Shown here one piece after another: positions 50,101-63,912 of a DNA stretch of 64,000 nt (the stretch's first letter is position 1; the number at the start of each line of letters is the position of its first letter). The position numbers and the translations under genes were made by a program. The notes below the pieces were generated by a model. The model made no database searches. It was not told the origin of the DNA and worked only from the letters and a program-made list of their open reading frames with translations. The DNA is from Mizuhopecten yessoensis (Eukaryota): contig NW_018408494.1 in assembly GCF_002113885.1 (NCBI RefSeq), positions 319,316 through 383,315 of the forward strand. The letters are read 5' to 3'.

Positions 50101-53100
50101 AGTGCACTTTTTTGCTGTCTTGCAATGATCAATACATAAAGGCAAATGCATTTTTCCTGTTATACAATGTGTACATAAAGGCCAGTGAACTTTTCCAGTC
50201 TTGCAATGTGTACATACAGGCCAGTGAACTTTTCCAGTTTGGCAGTGAGTATATAAAGGTCAGTGCACTATTCCACTCTGGCAGTGAGTACATAAAGGTC
50301 AGTGCACTTTTTCAGTCTTGCAGTGAGTACATAAAGGTCAGTGCACTTTTTCAGTCTGGCAGTGAGTACATAAAGGCCAGTGAACTTTTCCAGTCTGGCA
50401 GTGAGAACATAAAGGCCAGTGAACTTTTCCAGTCTGGCAGTGAGTACGTAAAGGCCAGTACACTATTCCACTCTGACAGTGAGTATATAAAGGTCAGTTA
50501 ACTTTTCCAGCCTGGCAGTGAGTACATAAAAGCCAGTGCCTCTTGCCAGTCTGGTAGTGAGTACATAAAGGTCAGTGCACTTTTCCAGTCTGGCAGTGAG
50601 TACATAAAAGCCAGTGCCCATTGCCAGGCTGGCAGTGAGTACATAAAGGTCAGCGCACTATTCCAGTCTGACAGTGAGTATATTAAGGTCAGTGCACTTT
50701 TCCAGTTTGGCAGTGAGTACATAAAGGTCAGTGCGCTATTCCAGTCTGTCAGTGAGTATATTAAGGTCAGTGCACTTTTCCAGTTTGGCAGTCAGTATAT
50801 AAAGGTCAGTGCACTATTCCAGTTTGGCAGTGAGTATATAAAGGTCAGTGCACTTTTCCAGTTTGGCAGTGAGTACATAGATCAGTGCACTATTCCAGTC
50901 TGTCAGTGAGTATATAAAGGTCAGTGCACTTTTCCAGTTTGGCAGTGAGTACATAAAGGTCAGTGCACTATTCCAGTCTGTCAGTGAGTATATTAAGGTC
51001 AGTGCACTTTTCCAGTTTGGCAGTCAGTATATAAAGGTCAGTGCACTATTCCAGTCTGGCAGTGAGTATATAAAGGTCAGTGCACTATTCCACTCTGGCA
51101 GTGAGTATGTAAAGGTCAGTGCACTATTCCAGTTTGGCAGTGAGTACATAAGGGTCAGTGCACTTTTCCAGTCTGGCAGTGAGTACATAAAGGTCAGTGC
51201 ACTTTTCCAGTTTGGCAGTGAGTATATAAAGGTCAGTGCACTATTCCAGTCTGGCAGTGAGTACATAAAGGCCAGTGAACTTTTCCAGTCTGGCAGTGAG
51301 TACATAAAGGCCAGTTTTTAAAGGAGGTGGGGGGGTGTTTAAACCATGTCATTAAAGACTACCATAAGTACTAGTCATTAACACTATCACAAGAAATTCT
51401 ACATGTACTGGATACCTATAAGCCTAAGGGATTTTGGTTAATACTGAATCTGATGGGTACCTATAGAATGGTATTAGTATAATACATATTACATATATAT
51501 ACTTGTATGTTTCAGCTTGATATTTTCGTTACTTTTATGAAGTTTTATCACACTTGTAGAGGAAGGGGAGATAACTGAAGGTTTGGTCCAGTGTGACTAC
51601 TACTGGGTATATGTTACAGTTTCAATATGAATACCACTTGGTATGTGTCACAATAGGAAGGGCAGAGATTAGGGAAAGCTGGGACAACAGGCAATCAAAA
51701 TGGCCTAATTATAACATTTGAGAAATTCAATGCAGATTTTTAACTTAACTCATGGTCAATTGAAATAGTTGAAAACTTGGAAATGGTGCATATAGCGTTT
51801 AAAACATTTAAAATCACTGGAAGGGTAAAGGTTTCAGTATAAACACCAATGGGGATATATGTCACTGTAGGAAGGGTGGAGTATAACACTGTGTCTCAGA
51901 CACATGGTTGAGAAGAATAGTTCTAGGTTTAATGGTTTCACCAAGATTAATAATGTTTCAAGGGCAAGTAGGTTTCCATGCCATTGCTAATGTTAATGTT
52001 TTAGTCACTCGGAACCCAGTGTGGTGCATCTTGCTCATTTTTTTCAGAAGTTAAGACTTTGGTAAATATGAACGGGGAAGCTTGAGTGTGTGAGGGGAAC
52101 ATGTTTTATTTCCCCATCATGAGATCAATAAAATCCAAACAGACATGCTGTTATAAAGATGAGATATAATAGTAATTATCATGATAAAACTAATAGGTTA
52201 GGCAGCAACATATCACATCTAGTGACTAGTTATCAATGGTGGAAGCACTTGTACTAGAACTTATAAGTTACACTGGACTCTATCCAGTTAACAATCAATT
52301 TTAATTAAAACTACATGTATCATTGATCTAAAACTAACACAGTAATCATGTTTTACACTGCCCTTTCTTGTGTTTCTACTTGAAAGTGTTTAAGATCCCC
52401 AATGCAGTTTACACCTGCAGTGTTTCTTCAATCATCAACAAAATGCAACTCATGCAGTTTTTGTGACATGCTGTTAGAGAGAAGACAGACTATTAATGAG
52501 GAGCTACAAAGGAAAGTGTGTTAACAGTTGAAAACAAACACTAAACTTCGTGTCAATAGTGTGTAATGGAACATGCTCATACCATCCTAAAACCTGGACC
52601 AAATATTACCACCAAAATATAAAATACAAAAATAAAGCCAATCATCAGTGTTTACCTTGATTCCGTCCCCGTATAAACAATTACAGGATAAAAGATACAT
52701 TTAATGGCCATAACATTGATTATAGAAGCTATACTTTTGGTCCAGGTTTTGTAACAGAGTATAAACTCATAGAGTGATATTTTTTGTAAATACTTACCCT
52801 TTTTTCTTTAGTCTGTTTTGTATTGAAAACGTGAAGGGTTGTTTATAGGTGAATGTTATTCAATCATGAGTGAATTAAAACCAAAACAAATCATACAAAC
52901 CACACTGCTAAATAATCAAGTGATACAGTTATGTTCAAACTTGGTTCATGCAAAATAAGGTATATGTTAGAACTTTGTTTTTTGAAATCTTTCAGTGAAC
53001 ACAAACTTGAAGTGTTTTAATTATTATGGATGTGAATTAAACTTATTAAAAGTATTACATGTGTATTGTATTATGGATAATGTAAGGTTGAGGAAACATT

Positions 53101-53841
53101 GTATCTATATTTAGTCATCAGACCATGATATTAACACATTGTACGAATGAGTGATTGCATACACAAGTATGCTAGGAACACATGTAATTAATTTAAAAAA
53201 AACATGAGTCAATTCTCCACTGAAACACTAATTATTTATGCAACCTTTTTTGCTTTATGTAAAGTTCTTAATCAATAATATGTATTAAACTGCAAGTTAA
53301 TTGCAATCTAAAACCACCACCTGAATAATTTACTTTTCCACTGATATTTCTTATTAATAATTCACATAATCATTCATGTAGAAAGTTTCCAATTTAATGT
53401 ATATAACAAATTCTTTCATAAAGCTATTCCATAAACACATTGTGTACGTCCTGTTTTAGAATTAAAGATTGTAATCTAAACATGAGCCTTAATCGGTCTA
53501 AAACTTTCTGATATTTATTGACAAATTAAGTTAAATGTTATTACAGTGCCCACACCCGGTATTTCCGATTTAGTATTGTCCTAATCATGCTTCATTAGAA
53601 TGCACACGTGTATATTTTTTTTTCATTCTTTAAAATTCAAACACAATGTCATCCTGAGATACGTATTTTGTGAAATGCTACATACATGCAAATTCTCATT
53701 ATGGATATGTTAATTATGTACTTACAACACAGCTTCTTCCTTTTCTTTATCAAACATCAATGTGACATATGGGTTTGGTTCAATGCCCAACTCTGTACAG
53801 ACCGCCTCATACCTGAAGGCAGTAGAGTGGATGTCAGACAT
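41153..53841 (-). CDS. LRRC34: Leucine-rich repeat-containing protein 34 (RI-like LRRs), 9 exons, 425 aa
   Basis: Exons 53841-53726, 49276-49087, 48475-48392, 46788-46660, 45665-45534, 44776-44658, 44486-44331, 42038-41912 and 41377-41153 are GT-AG and total 1278 nt in frame. Motifs: YEAVCTELGIEPNPY, LAGNNKLL, LDLRYN, LDLGDTD, NVNRP..QEETTVH, LDLSCNRITRDG, IWGN, GRLKPENTD..YVVDG, RRHYYW. Confidence 0.92.
42171..44174. mobile_element. TA-flanked MITE inflated to 2 kb by an internal 40-bp satellite
   Basis: ta|ctccagg..cactttcgctctctgcacccctggaatatg ... catattctagggttgcagagagtgaaagtg..cctggag|ta. Unit ctagtcttctcgtctcacctacaagatgatgcacactgca occurs ~40 times. Confidence 0.88.
45007..45420. repeat. 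~66-bp minisatellite (two related ~33-bp halves), ~6 units
   Basis: Unit gaggaaacctatagaggttataggagataacaggggtgaggaaatctccaatggttacggaggagt. Confidence 0.9.
46345..46696 (-). repeat. 47-bp minisatellite built from the LRRC34 exon 4 donor junction (7+ units)
   Basis: Minus-strand unit ..AGAGGCTCTAGACCTGGGTGATACCGACATG|gtaagtatcaaatagt. The tacttacc motif recurs every 47 bp from 46371 to 46653. Confidence 0.93.
46941..47421. repeat. Perfect 32-bp minisatellite, 15 units
   Basis: Unit atggattaatttctccacttaatacatattgc. Confidence 0.95.
47645..48300. repeat. 18-bp AT-rich minisatellite
   Basis: Unit acagtataatgtataatt; gives the (MYNNSI)n ORF. Confidence 0.9.
48503..48638. repeat. 27-bp minisatellite, 5 units
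   Basis: Unit aaaactgtattactccaggtaactctt. Confidence 0.9.
50080..51315. repeat. 39-bp minisatellite, ~31 units, in LRRC34 intron 1
   Basis: Unit gtgagtacataaaggtcagtgcacttttccagtctggca. Confidence 0.92.
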
Positions 53842-53928
53842 CCTGGTAACTGGTCACTCAAAACTGGAAAATTTGAAAGAACACTAATGATTAAAAAATA
53901 TTTTAATGGAAAGAAAATGGGTAAAGTT

Positions 53929-54290
53929 AGGGTTAGACACTAACTTTTTTTGCTTGGTAGTCCGCAGGACTAGTTGAATAGATTATTTACTAGTCCTTCG
54001 TCAATGTAACTAGTCCAAGATTTCCATAAGGAAACATCGCTATCTATAGCACAAAACATCAAAAGTAATTGACTCTAGCATATTTAAAATAACTACTGCC
54101 ATAAAAATGTTGTGAAGTTTAAGAAAATTTTGACAATTATCATGCAATATATCTTATTTTAAGCAGTTTTTTTTTTATTTAATGATCATATATTTCACAA
54201 GTCCAAAGGACCAGGTAGGCTAGGTGTTTCACTAGTCCTGGCCGAAATCTAGTAGTCCAGGACTAGCGGACTAGTATAGTGTCAACCCCG
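53929..54290. mobile_element. TIR MITE (possibly hAT-like) just upstream of the LRRC34 ATG
   Basis: agggttagacacta ... tagtgtcaacccc TIRs with repeated internal actagtcc/ggactag motifs. Confidence 0.5.
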
Positions 54291-55689
54291 ACAGCAATAA
54301 TGCAAAAACTGTTTCTATCATTACTACTTTTGTAACATTATACACTGCAACTTGATCTGGGTTTTTTGTAGTTGTGTGTAACTATATATGCACTTCAAAT
54401 TGTTCAACTAGTCATGATTTGGTGGGTAAAACGCAGGAACACTGAATAGTACTACAGTTTGGACTTTTTTCCGGTCATTAGGTAGCCGCAGTTAGTCAGA
54501 GACCGTCCTTTTGTTGTGTCATCCTTCATATACTTAGGGTTTGCACATATTTATAATATTGAAAAAGTCGTATATCATTATCTTATTTACATTTATACAT
54601 GTGTACACATTTGTTTGTTCTTTCTCTTCGATTGTCGAATATCTTCAACTTCAACAGGATACTCTAAAACGTTCAATATACTGAACATTATTTAGAGGCG
54701 TAAATATATAGCAATATATTAGAATAAGGTTAGATTAATTAATGAGTATCCCCACTAAATCACCGGCATTTCTACAGTTTCCTTCCCTTTACTGGCGTCA
54801 TGATCTTCCTCTTTTTTTTCAAGTTCTTTGTAGGATGATATTTCCATTTTTGCGATTAGCGAGTCATCCCCACTAAACCCCTATTACACTGGTATATACA
54901 TCATCATTTGGTCTTAATATTACATCAAACCTTCATGCTGCAATTATCAATTCGTATCTACATTTGAAAAGTACGGAAAAGAATCATACCATTTTATTTA
55001 AGATTAAGCATTCGTAACTTTTTTCATAGAAAGCGTCATTTCAAAAGCAATTTCTACAATAACAAAAAAACAATATTGTTACCTCCCCTCCCGTACCGGA
55101 TTTTGGAACTTCAACGATCTTACGATGAGTTGGATATCAACGTATGTACATAATTCTGTTACAGTGGATAAAAACATATTAACTTGATAAAGATTCATAT
55201 GATGAAAACAATTCAAATTATTTTCCTCACTTAATTGTATACAGACCATGAACGTCATGAATCGACAAATAGGAGTGCGAAATGACATCCCTATGCCAAA
55301 GTGCAGTTTTCAACAAACTGGTGGCCTGATCGAAATTGACATTTTCATGACTCTCAATGTAAAAACATTTACAACATGCTTATTTTTTCTTTAAGTCGGA
55401 ATAATACCCTCATACAGCACCTGATATAAAATATTCAAAGGACCTATTCCCGCCAGCGTCGTGTTGCCACAACAACTTTTAGAAGAAAATCTCAGTCATC
55501 GGGATCTCGCAGGTGCTTGAAGATTGAAGTAAAGGGAAGTAACCTTTTTGATGTGGGCTGTCGAGCAAAGCACTGGGCCGTTTTCGTTAAGCGGTCAAAC
55601 CGGTCGGACCAGTCCACAGGGCGAGGCCTAGTACTCTCAAATCCTTTCAAGGCCTGCATAAACTTTTGCAGGTTCGCCTGGATTTATAC

Positions 55690-57620
55690 CCGAAATGACG
55701 ACATTAAGACTAATATACTAAACGATTACTTTGTTTCAATATCTACTTTAGACGATATTAACATTGACGTACCTGTGATAGAATCTAGAACTGACTCGAC
55801 CATCTCGGACATACCGTTTAATATTAATGACATTATCGACATTCTAAAGACATTAAAAATCGGTATAGCTGTAGGAAAGGATACTATTAGTCATACCATG
55901 CTAAAGAATACCTCTAATTCAGTTGCTTATCCCCTTTCATTGATCTTTCCGGCGCTCATTTTTGGAAACTGGATATTTTCCCAAACAATGGAAATATATG
56001 CTCTAGTTATGCCGTGGGGTGTTTTTTTTTAAAAAAGGAGATAAACAAGACCCTTCAAATTATAGACCTATTGCACTACTAAGTACTATTGGTAAAGTTT
56101 TCGAAAGATTAGTCGCTAAATATTTACATAACTACATTTTAGATCATTCTCTCATATATACATATCAGTCATGTTTTCAAACAGGTCATTCTACTGTATA
56201 CCAGCTTATAGAGATATATCATACTATGTGCGACAATCTTGAAAAAAAACAGCCAACTTGTCTAATTGTTTGTGATATTTCTAAGGCGTTTGATCGAGTG
56301 TGGCATAGGGGGCTGGAAGTGAAACTAGCTAGCTATGGAATATCGGGAAAATTATTGGACTGGTTAATTAATTATGTTACTAATAGATCTCAACAAGTTT
56401 TTATTGGAAATAGTAGATCTTCTGTTAAGATAACAAATGTATAAGTACCTCAGGGTTCGGTTCTTGGCCCATTGCTATTTATACTATATATTAATGACAT
56501 AACAGATAATATAGAAAGTCTATCAAAACTTTTTGCTGATGACACCTATCTTTTGTATTCGTATAATCACCACAAGTAATTGAACAAAAAAATAATGATG
56601 ATCTCGTAAATAAACAATTGTGGGCAGAAAAGTGGCTTGTTAAATTCATTCCTGCAAAAACAGAGGCTTTACTTATTTCTAATATTGAACTTGATCACCT
56701 CATTGAAATTAACTTTAATAATGTAAGTATTGAATTTATTGAAAATCATAAGCATCTGGGAGTATTCATCAATGCTAACTGTAAATGGACCTATCACATT
56801 GATAATATATGTAAAAAAGTAGTTAAACAATTAAGTGTCCTCCGTAAATTGAAATATACCCTGAACTTTGGGATGATTGTTCTATTACTGATTCAGACAA
56901 ATTAGAAAAGCTACAACTTGAAGCTGGACGTATTGTCACTGGTTTACCGTCGTTTACTAGTAGACAATCTATATATAATGAAACTGGATGGGTTCTCTAG
57001 CCCATCGGAGATCCCGTCGAAAGGTACAATTATATTTTTAAATCCACAATAATATAGCCCCTAACTATCTCAACACTCTACTCCCTTCCCTTGTCGATAA
57101 CTCTCACTATAATCTTCGAAACGTTGAAAACTACAACCTACCTAACAACAGACTTGAATTATCTAACGTATCCTTTTTTCCTTCCACTGTTAGATTGTGG
57201 AACCAGTTACCTACTAGTATACGACGTAGCGCCACGTTCTCATCATTTAGAAACGCCATTCAAGACGTAAGCTTGCCTCTCGTACCAAATCCCTTTTTTA
57301 TGGTGATAGAAAAAACAATATTTTGCAAACAAAATTAAGAAACCGTTCTAGTACTTTGAAAAGTGACCTGTTTCGTGTTAACCTTATTGATTACCAACGT
57401 TGTATATGTGGCTTCCCTATTGAAGACACACACCATTTCTTTTTTACCTGTGATAAATATAACGAACAAAGAGTTAAGCTTTATCGTGAACTGAATGAAT
57501 ATACATGCTTCTTAATTTAAATCTACTTTTATTTGGAGATACATCTCTTTCGGAACAGGGAAACATAACGATATTCATGCATACTCAGCAATACATTCGT
57601 GACTCTAACAGATTCTAGTA
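55690..57620 (+). mobile_element. 5'-truncated, decayed CR1/L2-group LINE (reverse transcriptase pseudogene)
   Basis: Frameshifted RT motifs [82 protein letters not shown], and a C-terminal C-x-C...H...C knuckle. Confidence 0.92.
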
Positions 57621-58362
57621 CCCCACCCCCCACCCCCACCCCTGTCCTCTCTCTCCGGAAATACCAGAAAGCACGGAACGACCAGGAGGAAGGTTTTATA
57701 GGAATGTGTTGAACATGCAGAAAGTTGTGATCAGCGAATTGAGTAACACTTGTCTGTTTGCATGGAGAAAAAACAACCACATGGTCCGATATGCTTTTTT
57801 TTAATATCTGTTGCTTTGGAGGCAGATACCATCTGTCATACATTAATAATGATGAGGATGTATGTATTATAATTACAGACTATTACGCACTGCCATCCTC
57901 GATACTCCATGGGCGTAACTGAGCGTAATCCCTGCTGTAGTATCAAGGATGCATTGACCCTCACCGGACAGATGGCTGTTCTTTTAATTGAACAAGCATA
58001 TACGACAAAAAAAAACATTATTTGTACTAAATGTAATGGGATAAACAAGAGAATTTTAACCAGATTCCCCAAATAGCCAGCACCCTATATTGAATTTGCC
58101 TTTGTCCGGAAATCATAATTTCCTATGCATGTCATCTCATGTAACTGATTGGCTAAATGAAAATTAATTTTATTCTGTTGATTTTTTTCATACATATATT
58201 GATTGACCGATACAGAATGCATAGAAATGCCCACTGTAACCTATACTTAAATTCAGCTTGTAAGCCGCTGATATTCGTGAATTATCATCGTCAGTAAATG
58301 AATATTTGATGTGTCCCGCTATATTAAGAAAAGATATGAAAACACTTATCCGCGTGTAATAT

Positions 58363-58490
58363 TGTAGCGGAACTGGACTTGGTTGATTGTCGGCGACCAG
58401 GAAGCTCAATTGGTAGAGCGTCCGTCTAGAGTTCGGAGGGTCCCGGGTTCGAACCCATGTCTGGCTGTGCATTTTCCATCCTCTGTTACA
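58363..58490 (+). mobile_element. Solo tRNA-containing LTR-like element (TGT...ACA, 128 bp)
   Basis: TGTagcgg...agctcaattggtagagcg (A box)...gggttcgaaccc (B box)...ctgttACA. No acceptor stem, so not a real tRNA. Confidence 0.6.
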
Positions 58491-59369
58491 GTGCACCAAT
58501 TATAATATGATTTATTATTTCGATACATATCATGTACAGGTAACAGGGAGGCAGCTCTGAATCATCTCTGTTACAATATGGAAACGACAAAGCAAAGGGT
58601 TCATCCTTGACTATTCTGCAGTTGATGTTGATTAGGAATATTTTAAGTAGGAAATTAACTTAACGTGAATATTGGAGGGGGGAAAAAGAGAAAATATTTC
58701 AAAGTTTATAGGCAAGCTATATTTGAGAAAAAGTCTATTGCAGTACAATGGTTGATACCTTCTAATCAACTATGTACAATATTACAAAGTATTGTTTATA
58801 AATGACACTCTTAGCTGACTACTTTGACACTGGAGTCAGAATAAAAATTTATGGCCGAAAATGAGACGCTGTGGCACACAAAAAAAACAAGATCATTTGA
58901 AGACTACAATAAAGTCATTGATAAAATGCACAACGATATCAATTATTATTGTTATCTATAGTCAACCTCTTGGTACTATTGTTGTTGAGTTTCAGATCAT
59001 AGGAAAACCTTACAATATCTATACCGGTAATTGTTTTGGGTCAATAATGATGTACCACAATTCAATGAAAATCAGCTTCACAGCTCAATGAAATTCCTCA
59101 TTAAAAATGCAATATATTTGATATAATTGTTGGCTTTGGAGCTTCCAAACAAACATATTTCTGCTGCATTTAAAAGCTGCTAATAAAGGTCAAGCAACGT
59201 AAATAAAAAATAAAAAATAAAAAAAAATGTATACATGTTAGGGGAAAAAATGAAGCTAAAGTATGACAGTACTGGTAATAAATCTTTGTAATTATGAAAT
59301 GTTACAGCACTGGAGAGCAAACATAGAAGGAGTGTATCTGTGTATCTGTGTATCTGTGTATCAAATTTT

Positions 59370-60265
59370 AACTCTTGTCCTCTAGCTTGGCATTCAATAA
59401 AAGCGATACTAGGAAGATGGGAAAAGTTCAAGAGAGAACCATGCGTTTAATAGAAATGATTTTACTACCCCAGTTAAAGACATTTTTATTAGAAACAACT
59501 TTTATTTTTTACATGTTTGCCGTCTCAAGACAATGGCTAGGGAGGTCTACAAAATGTGTAATGATATTGCACCTGATTTTTTAAGAGCTCTTATTGATAG
59601 AAACCAAGTTTTATATAATTTCAGGAAGAAAGATACGGTCAAGATTCCAAGGGTAAATACCACTACTTTTGGTAAGAGGTCTCTTTGCTTTGAAGCCGCC
59701 CAGATGTAGAAGAGTCTACCTAATGAGATGCGTCAAGCTAAAAACTTCAGAGTGTTGTGTCGACTGTTGCGCACCTGGGGTAGTGAACTCTGCAAATGCT
59801 CTCTATCAACTGGAATAGGCTTTTTCATTTTTGTTTGTACTCTGTGATATCCGCCATGACTATTTTTTTTAGTTAATTGTCACGGGTTTTATATCAGTGT
59901 TTATGCAATACACCTTTTAAACCGCTGGTTTTGTAATTGTTCTTATTTTGTGTTCTCTTTAAAGTGCATTTAAAAATGACTGCATTATTATTTTATAATT
60001 TGGTGTTATAGGGCTAGGTAGGTAGGGATTGGCCCAACCACCTGTCCTGTGACACCCCACACATATATCATATATATTGTTATTTTCTTATATAACTTTA
60101 GTGTATTTTATTTAGCTCACCTATATTTAAGTCATCCATGTAGGCCTATGTTTATTCGCATGTTGATTTTGTTTCTTTCAAATTATATCTATGTTTGTCG
60201 CAGAAATAGCTCTACCGAGCTAATGTTTGTTTATGGTATGCGACGTTATTTTTTTATTTATTTTT
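59370..60265 (+). mobile_element. 3' fragment of a CR1/L2-group LINE with 3'UTR
   Basis: Broken ORF KVQERTMRLI...YNFRKKDTVKIPRVNTTTFGKRSLCFEAAQ. The 3'UTR motif taggtagggatt.gcccaaccacctgt is shared with 2660-2695. Confidence 0.55.
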
Positions 60266-61250
60266 TAAATCTGGGCGAAACGCAAAAATAGACAGGTGCT
60301 TAAAGGGAAGTAACTCTTATTGAAAATAATAGAGCCCTTACTTTTTACGCTTAAATGTTTTTCTACATGTAGAGCGCTCTAGATATGATTTAGTGTTTAT
60401 AGCAATCAATGAAAACAAAGATATAATATAAGAAAATAATATAAATATGGCGTATTCAGCTCGTGTTGTAATGTCTATAAATAGACAAATATGTTGGAAT
60501 ACACCGTTAACGTCAGAGCACAAATTGATCCAATCAAAATGCTTGTTATAAGTCTATTCGGGCATAAGGGCACATGGATACGAAAGTGTGTATTACCAAC
60601 GGAGCATCAAAACAATCAATATGGCGCACTGTCTATTGTTAACTGGCTAGGTGGATTGTGAGCAAAAAGAATGCGATTTACATACCATATACGTAATAGA
60701 TCAATGTGATCGCATGTCAATGTTTGAGTGGAAATATCTATAGGACTTCTGCAAGGTGCGCTAATGCAAGTCAGCACATGCTTACAAAGTGGTCACCGTA
60801 AGTCGTGCATTTGACAGTTCCGCTGTTCTGAACTCGTTCGGTCATGTTGCTTGTCAGGAGCTTGTTGGCTTCGGTACTTTCATGTACAACGATAGGATAT
60901 TGACAAACAACCATGATGACATCATTAGGAAGTGGATTTTAATACATCAATGTTGAGAAAATGGTAAATTTGTAGCACTCAATTTCGACAGATCCATCTA
61001 AGCCGAAGCTTTTATGTGTATTGCGTTGGATTTTACCGTTAAATTTTGTAGTGTTGTTCGTTCACGGATTAGCACATATGTAGTGATAGCTAACAAAGGG
61101 TACCAATGCAATGGCTACATATGTCTACGTTTATCATTAGCTTATTATTTCCGGTGTCCTAATTTATGTTTGAAACATATAACTTATTGCGTTTAGGTAG
61201 ATGGAAAAGAATTTCGTTTGCACATAAACAAATTTAGGCTTCTTGACAAG

Positions 61251-61797
61251 ATGAGTACCACATTGATAGAACTGCCTCCTACAACCCCAAAACAACATGG
61301 AGGTAAGAAGGGAGCCCCAGGATTGATCACACTGTCCGAGAATCAGGTGATCCCAGTGGCGAACATCCCGCTCACACCGCGAGCCCCTCAGCTTAACGGG
61401 GCAGCAAAGAGGGGTGCTTCTGGCCCCATTGTAACGACAAGTGATGAAGAAAGTGATGGGTGTAGTAGTCCTCGGTCAAACATTTCGCACAACTTATCAT
61501 ATCAACCTAAACATCAGTCATCCTCGCAAAATCAGCATCACCAACCACAACCTCCGCAATCACAATCACAACAGCGGGCGTACGAGGCATATGAACATGA
61601 TCATGATTACGAAAATGTGGCTTCACCGAGTGGGAGCAGCACCGCTAGTGGACCTGTTTATGTGCGACCACCAGGCTTCAGACACCACGCACAGGAGATC
61701 AAAAAAACAAAAAAGAAAAAGACAGCTTTACTTGAATTTAGATCATCAGGCCTGAAAAAGCGGGCTCCAACGCCACCAAAAGTCCGCCCAAAGAGAG
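61251..61797 (+). CDS. First coding exon of an unidentified gene (disordered, Pro/Ser/Gln-rich N-terminus); continues beyond the window
   Basis: ATG in aagATGa context, 182 open codons of higher GC, ending at AGAG|gtatta. Contains DYENV and a KKTKKKK basic stretch. Confidence 0.75.
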
Positions 61798-62677
61798 GTA
61801 TTAATTTTATTTCTTACATTTTAATGGTAAACCTCATACTTCATTTGTATATTGAGATGGTGATTTATTTGGTCCTGTTTTCATGAAAATCTTCTCATGC
61901 TCAAACTCAGATTTTGTGCTCAAGTCTGATTTCATACATTAATTAAAAACAAAACATTTGGTCAATGACTGAGACGAATTTTGGGAGAGACTAAAAAGCT
62001 GAATACTGTTTTGTTTGTACTTGACGTTTTGGCGGTGTAACATGATTTGGACGTTTGACTTCAGCACAGAATCTGTACTTGAGAACAGTTTCATGAACAC
62101 TGCAGGCACAATTTTGTTATTTTGTTTTCACTCAACAGAGATCAGACTAAGGCACTTATATTTAATCATGCGCCTGGAGGTAGGGGGCAGACTGGTGCTG
62201 AAAAATGTAGGTGGAGTTTCCTTAGGTCAAACAAGATCATCTACTGCACAATTGTTATATTGTAATGGCTATAATTATATGTATATATGTATTTTGCTGC
62301 AGTCATTTATAGTATGATCCTGCATTATTGTACTAGTGTATAGGGAGCATGGAGTGTTTAGCTTTTCTGTTGGGCATCAATCTTTATGTTTGTACAGTAT
62401 GTACCCCTTCTTTGTCAGACATTGCTATAGCTCCATTCCCTTATACTAGAAATCCCACAATGGATACATAGCTGGGACACTAGACCAATATATCAAATGT
62501 AGGTCACTCAGTGACCTCACCAACTTCGGTTATACTTTGCATTTTAGCTCCATTTCGTTAGATATGCGCTTAGTTCTATTTCCGTCAGAAGTTGGAGCAG
62601 CTACATGTATTTTGTAAAAACATCTTTATTTCATTATCTTTGTAGAAATAGCTGATCCAAATATTACTTTACTTTCA

Positions 62678-63912
62678 AGAATAGTGTTGATCACTGTATA
62701 TATTACACATGATATACGAATAGTGTAGATCACTGTATATATTACACATGATATACGAATAGTGTAGATCACTGTATTACCTATTATATATTACCTATGA
62801 TATATACGAATAGTGTAGATCACTGTATATATCACCTATGATATATGAATAGTGTAGATCACTGTATATATCACTTATGATATACGAATAGTGTAGATCA
62901 CTGTATATATTACCTATAATATACGAATAGTGTAGATCACTGTATATATCACTTATGATATCCGAATAGTGTAGATCACTGTATATATCACCTATGATAG
63001 ACAAATAGTGTAGATCACTGTATATATCACCTATGATAGACAAATAGTGTAGATCACTGTATATATCACCTATGATAGACAAATAGTGTAGATCACTGTA
63101 TATATCACCTATGATAGACAAATAGTGTAGATCACTGTATATATCACCTATGATATAGGAATAGTGTAGATCACTGTATATATTACCTATGATATGTACG
63201 AATAGTGTAGATCACTGTATATATTACTTATGCTATATGAATAGTGTAGATCACTGTATATATCACTTATGATGTACGAATAGTGTAGATCACTGTGTAT
63301 ATTACTTATGATATATGAATAGTGTAGATCACTGTATATACCACTTATGATATACGAATAGTGTAGATCACTGTATATATTACCTATGATATACGAATAG
63401 TGTAGATCACTGTATATATCACTTATGATGTACGAATAGTGTAGATCACTGTATATATTACTTATGATATATGAATAGTGTAGATCACTGTATATATCAC
63501 CTATGATATATACAGTGATCTACACTATTCATATATCATGGGTGATATATACAGTGATCTACACTATTCATATATTACTTATGATATATGAATAGTGTAG
63601 ATCACTGTATATATCACTTATGATAGACAAATAGTGTAGATCACTGTATATATCACCTATGATAGACAAATAGTGTAGATCACTGTATATATTACCTATG
63701 ATATATACGAATAGTGTGGATCACTGTATATATTCCCTATGATATACGAATAGTGTAGATCACTGGATATATCACCTATGATAGACAAATGGTGTAGATC
63801 ACTGTATATATTCCCTATGATATACGAATAGTGTAAATCACTGTATATATTACCTATGATAGACAAATAGTGTAGATCACTGTATATATCACTTATGATA
63901 TACGAATAGTGA
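62678..63912. repeat. ~39-bp minisatellite, ~30 units, with an internal inversion
   Basis: Unit gaatagtgtagatcactgtatatatcacctatgatatac; inverted block at ~63504-63574. Confidence 0.93.

Noticed and set aside
54600-54847. Alternative LRRC34 first exon (MEISSYKELEKKEEDH...)
   Set aside because: No LRRC34 similarity and no phase-compatible donor. Exon 53841-53726 fits both family and phase.
55463-55476. RFX X-box upstream of LRRC34 (gttgccacaacaac)
   Set aside because: The second half-site mismatches the consensus and the TSS is unknown.
58400-58470. Functional tRNA gene
   Set aside because: A and B boxes are present but there is no paired acceptor stem. It sits within a TGT...ACA repeat unit with diverged relatives in the window.
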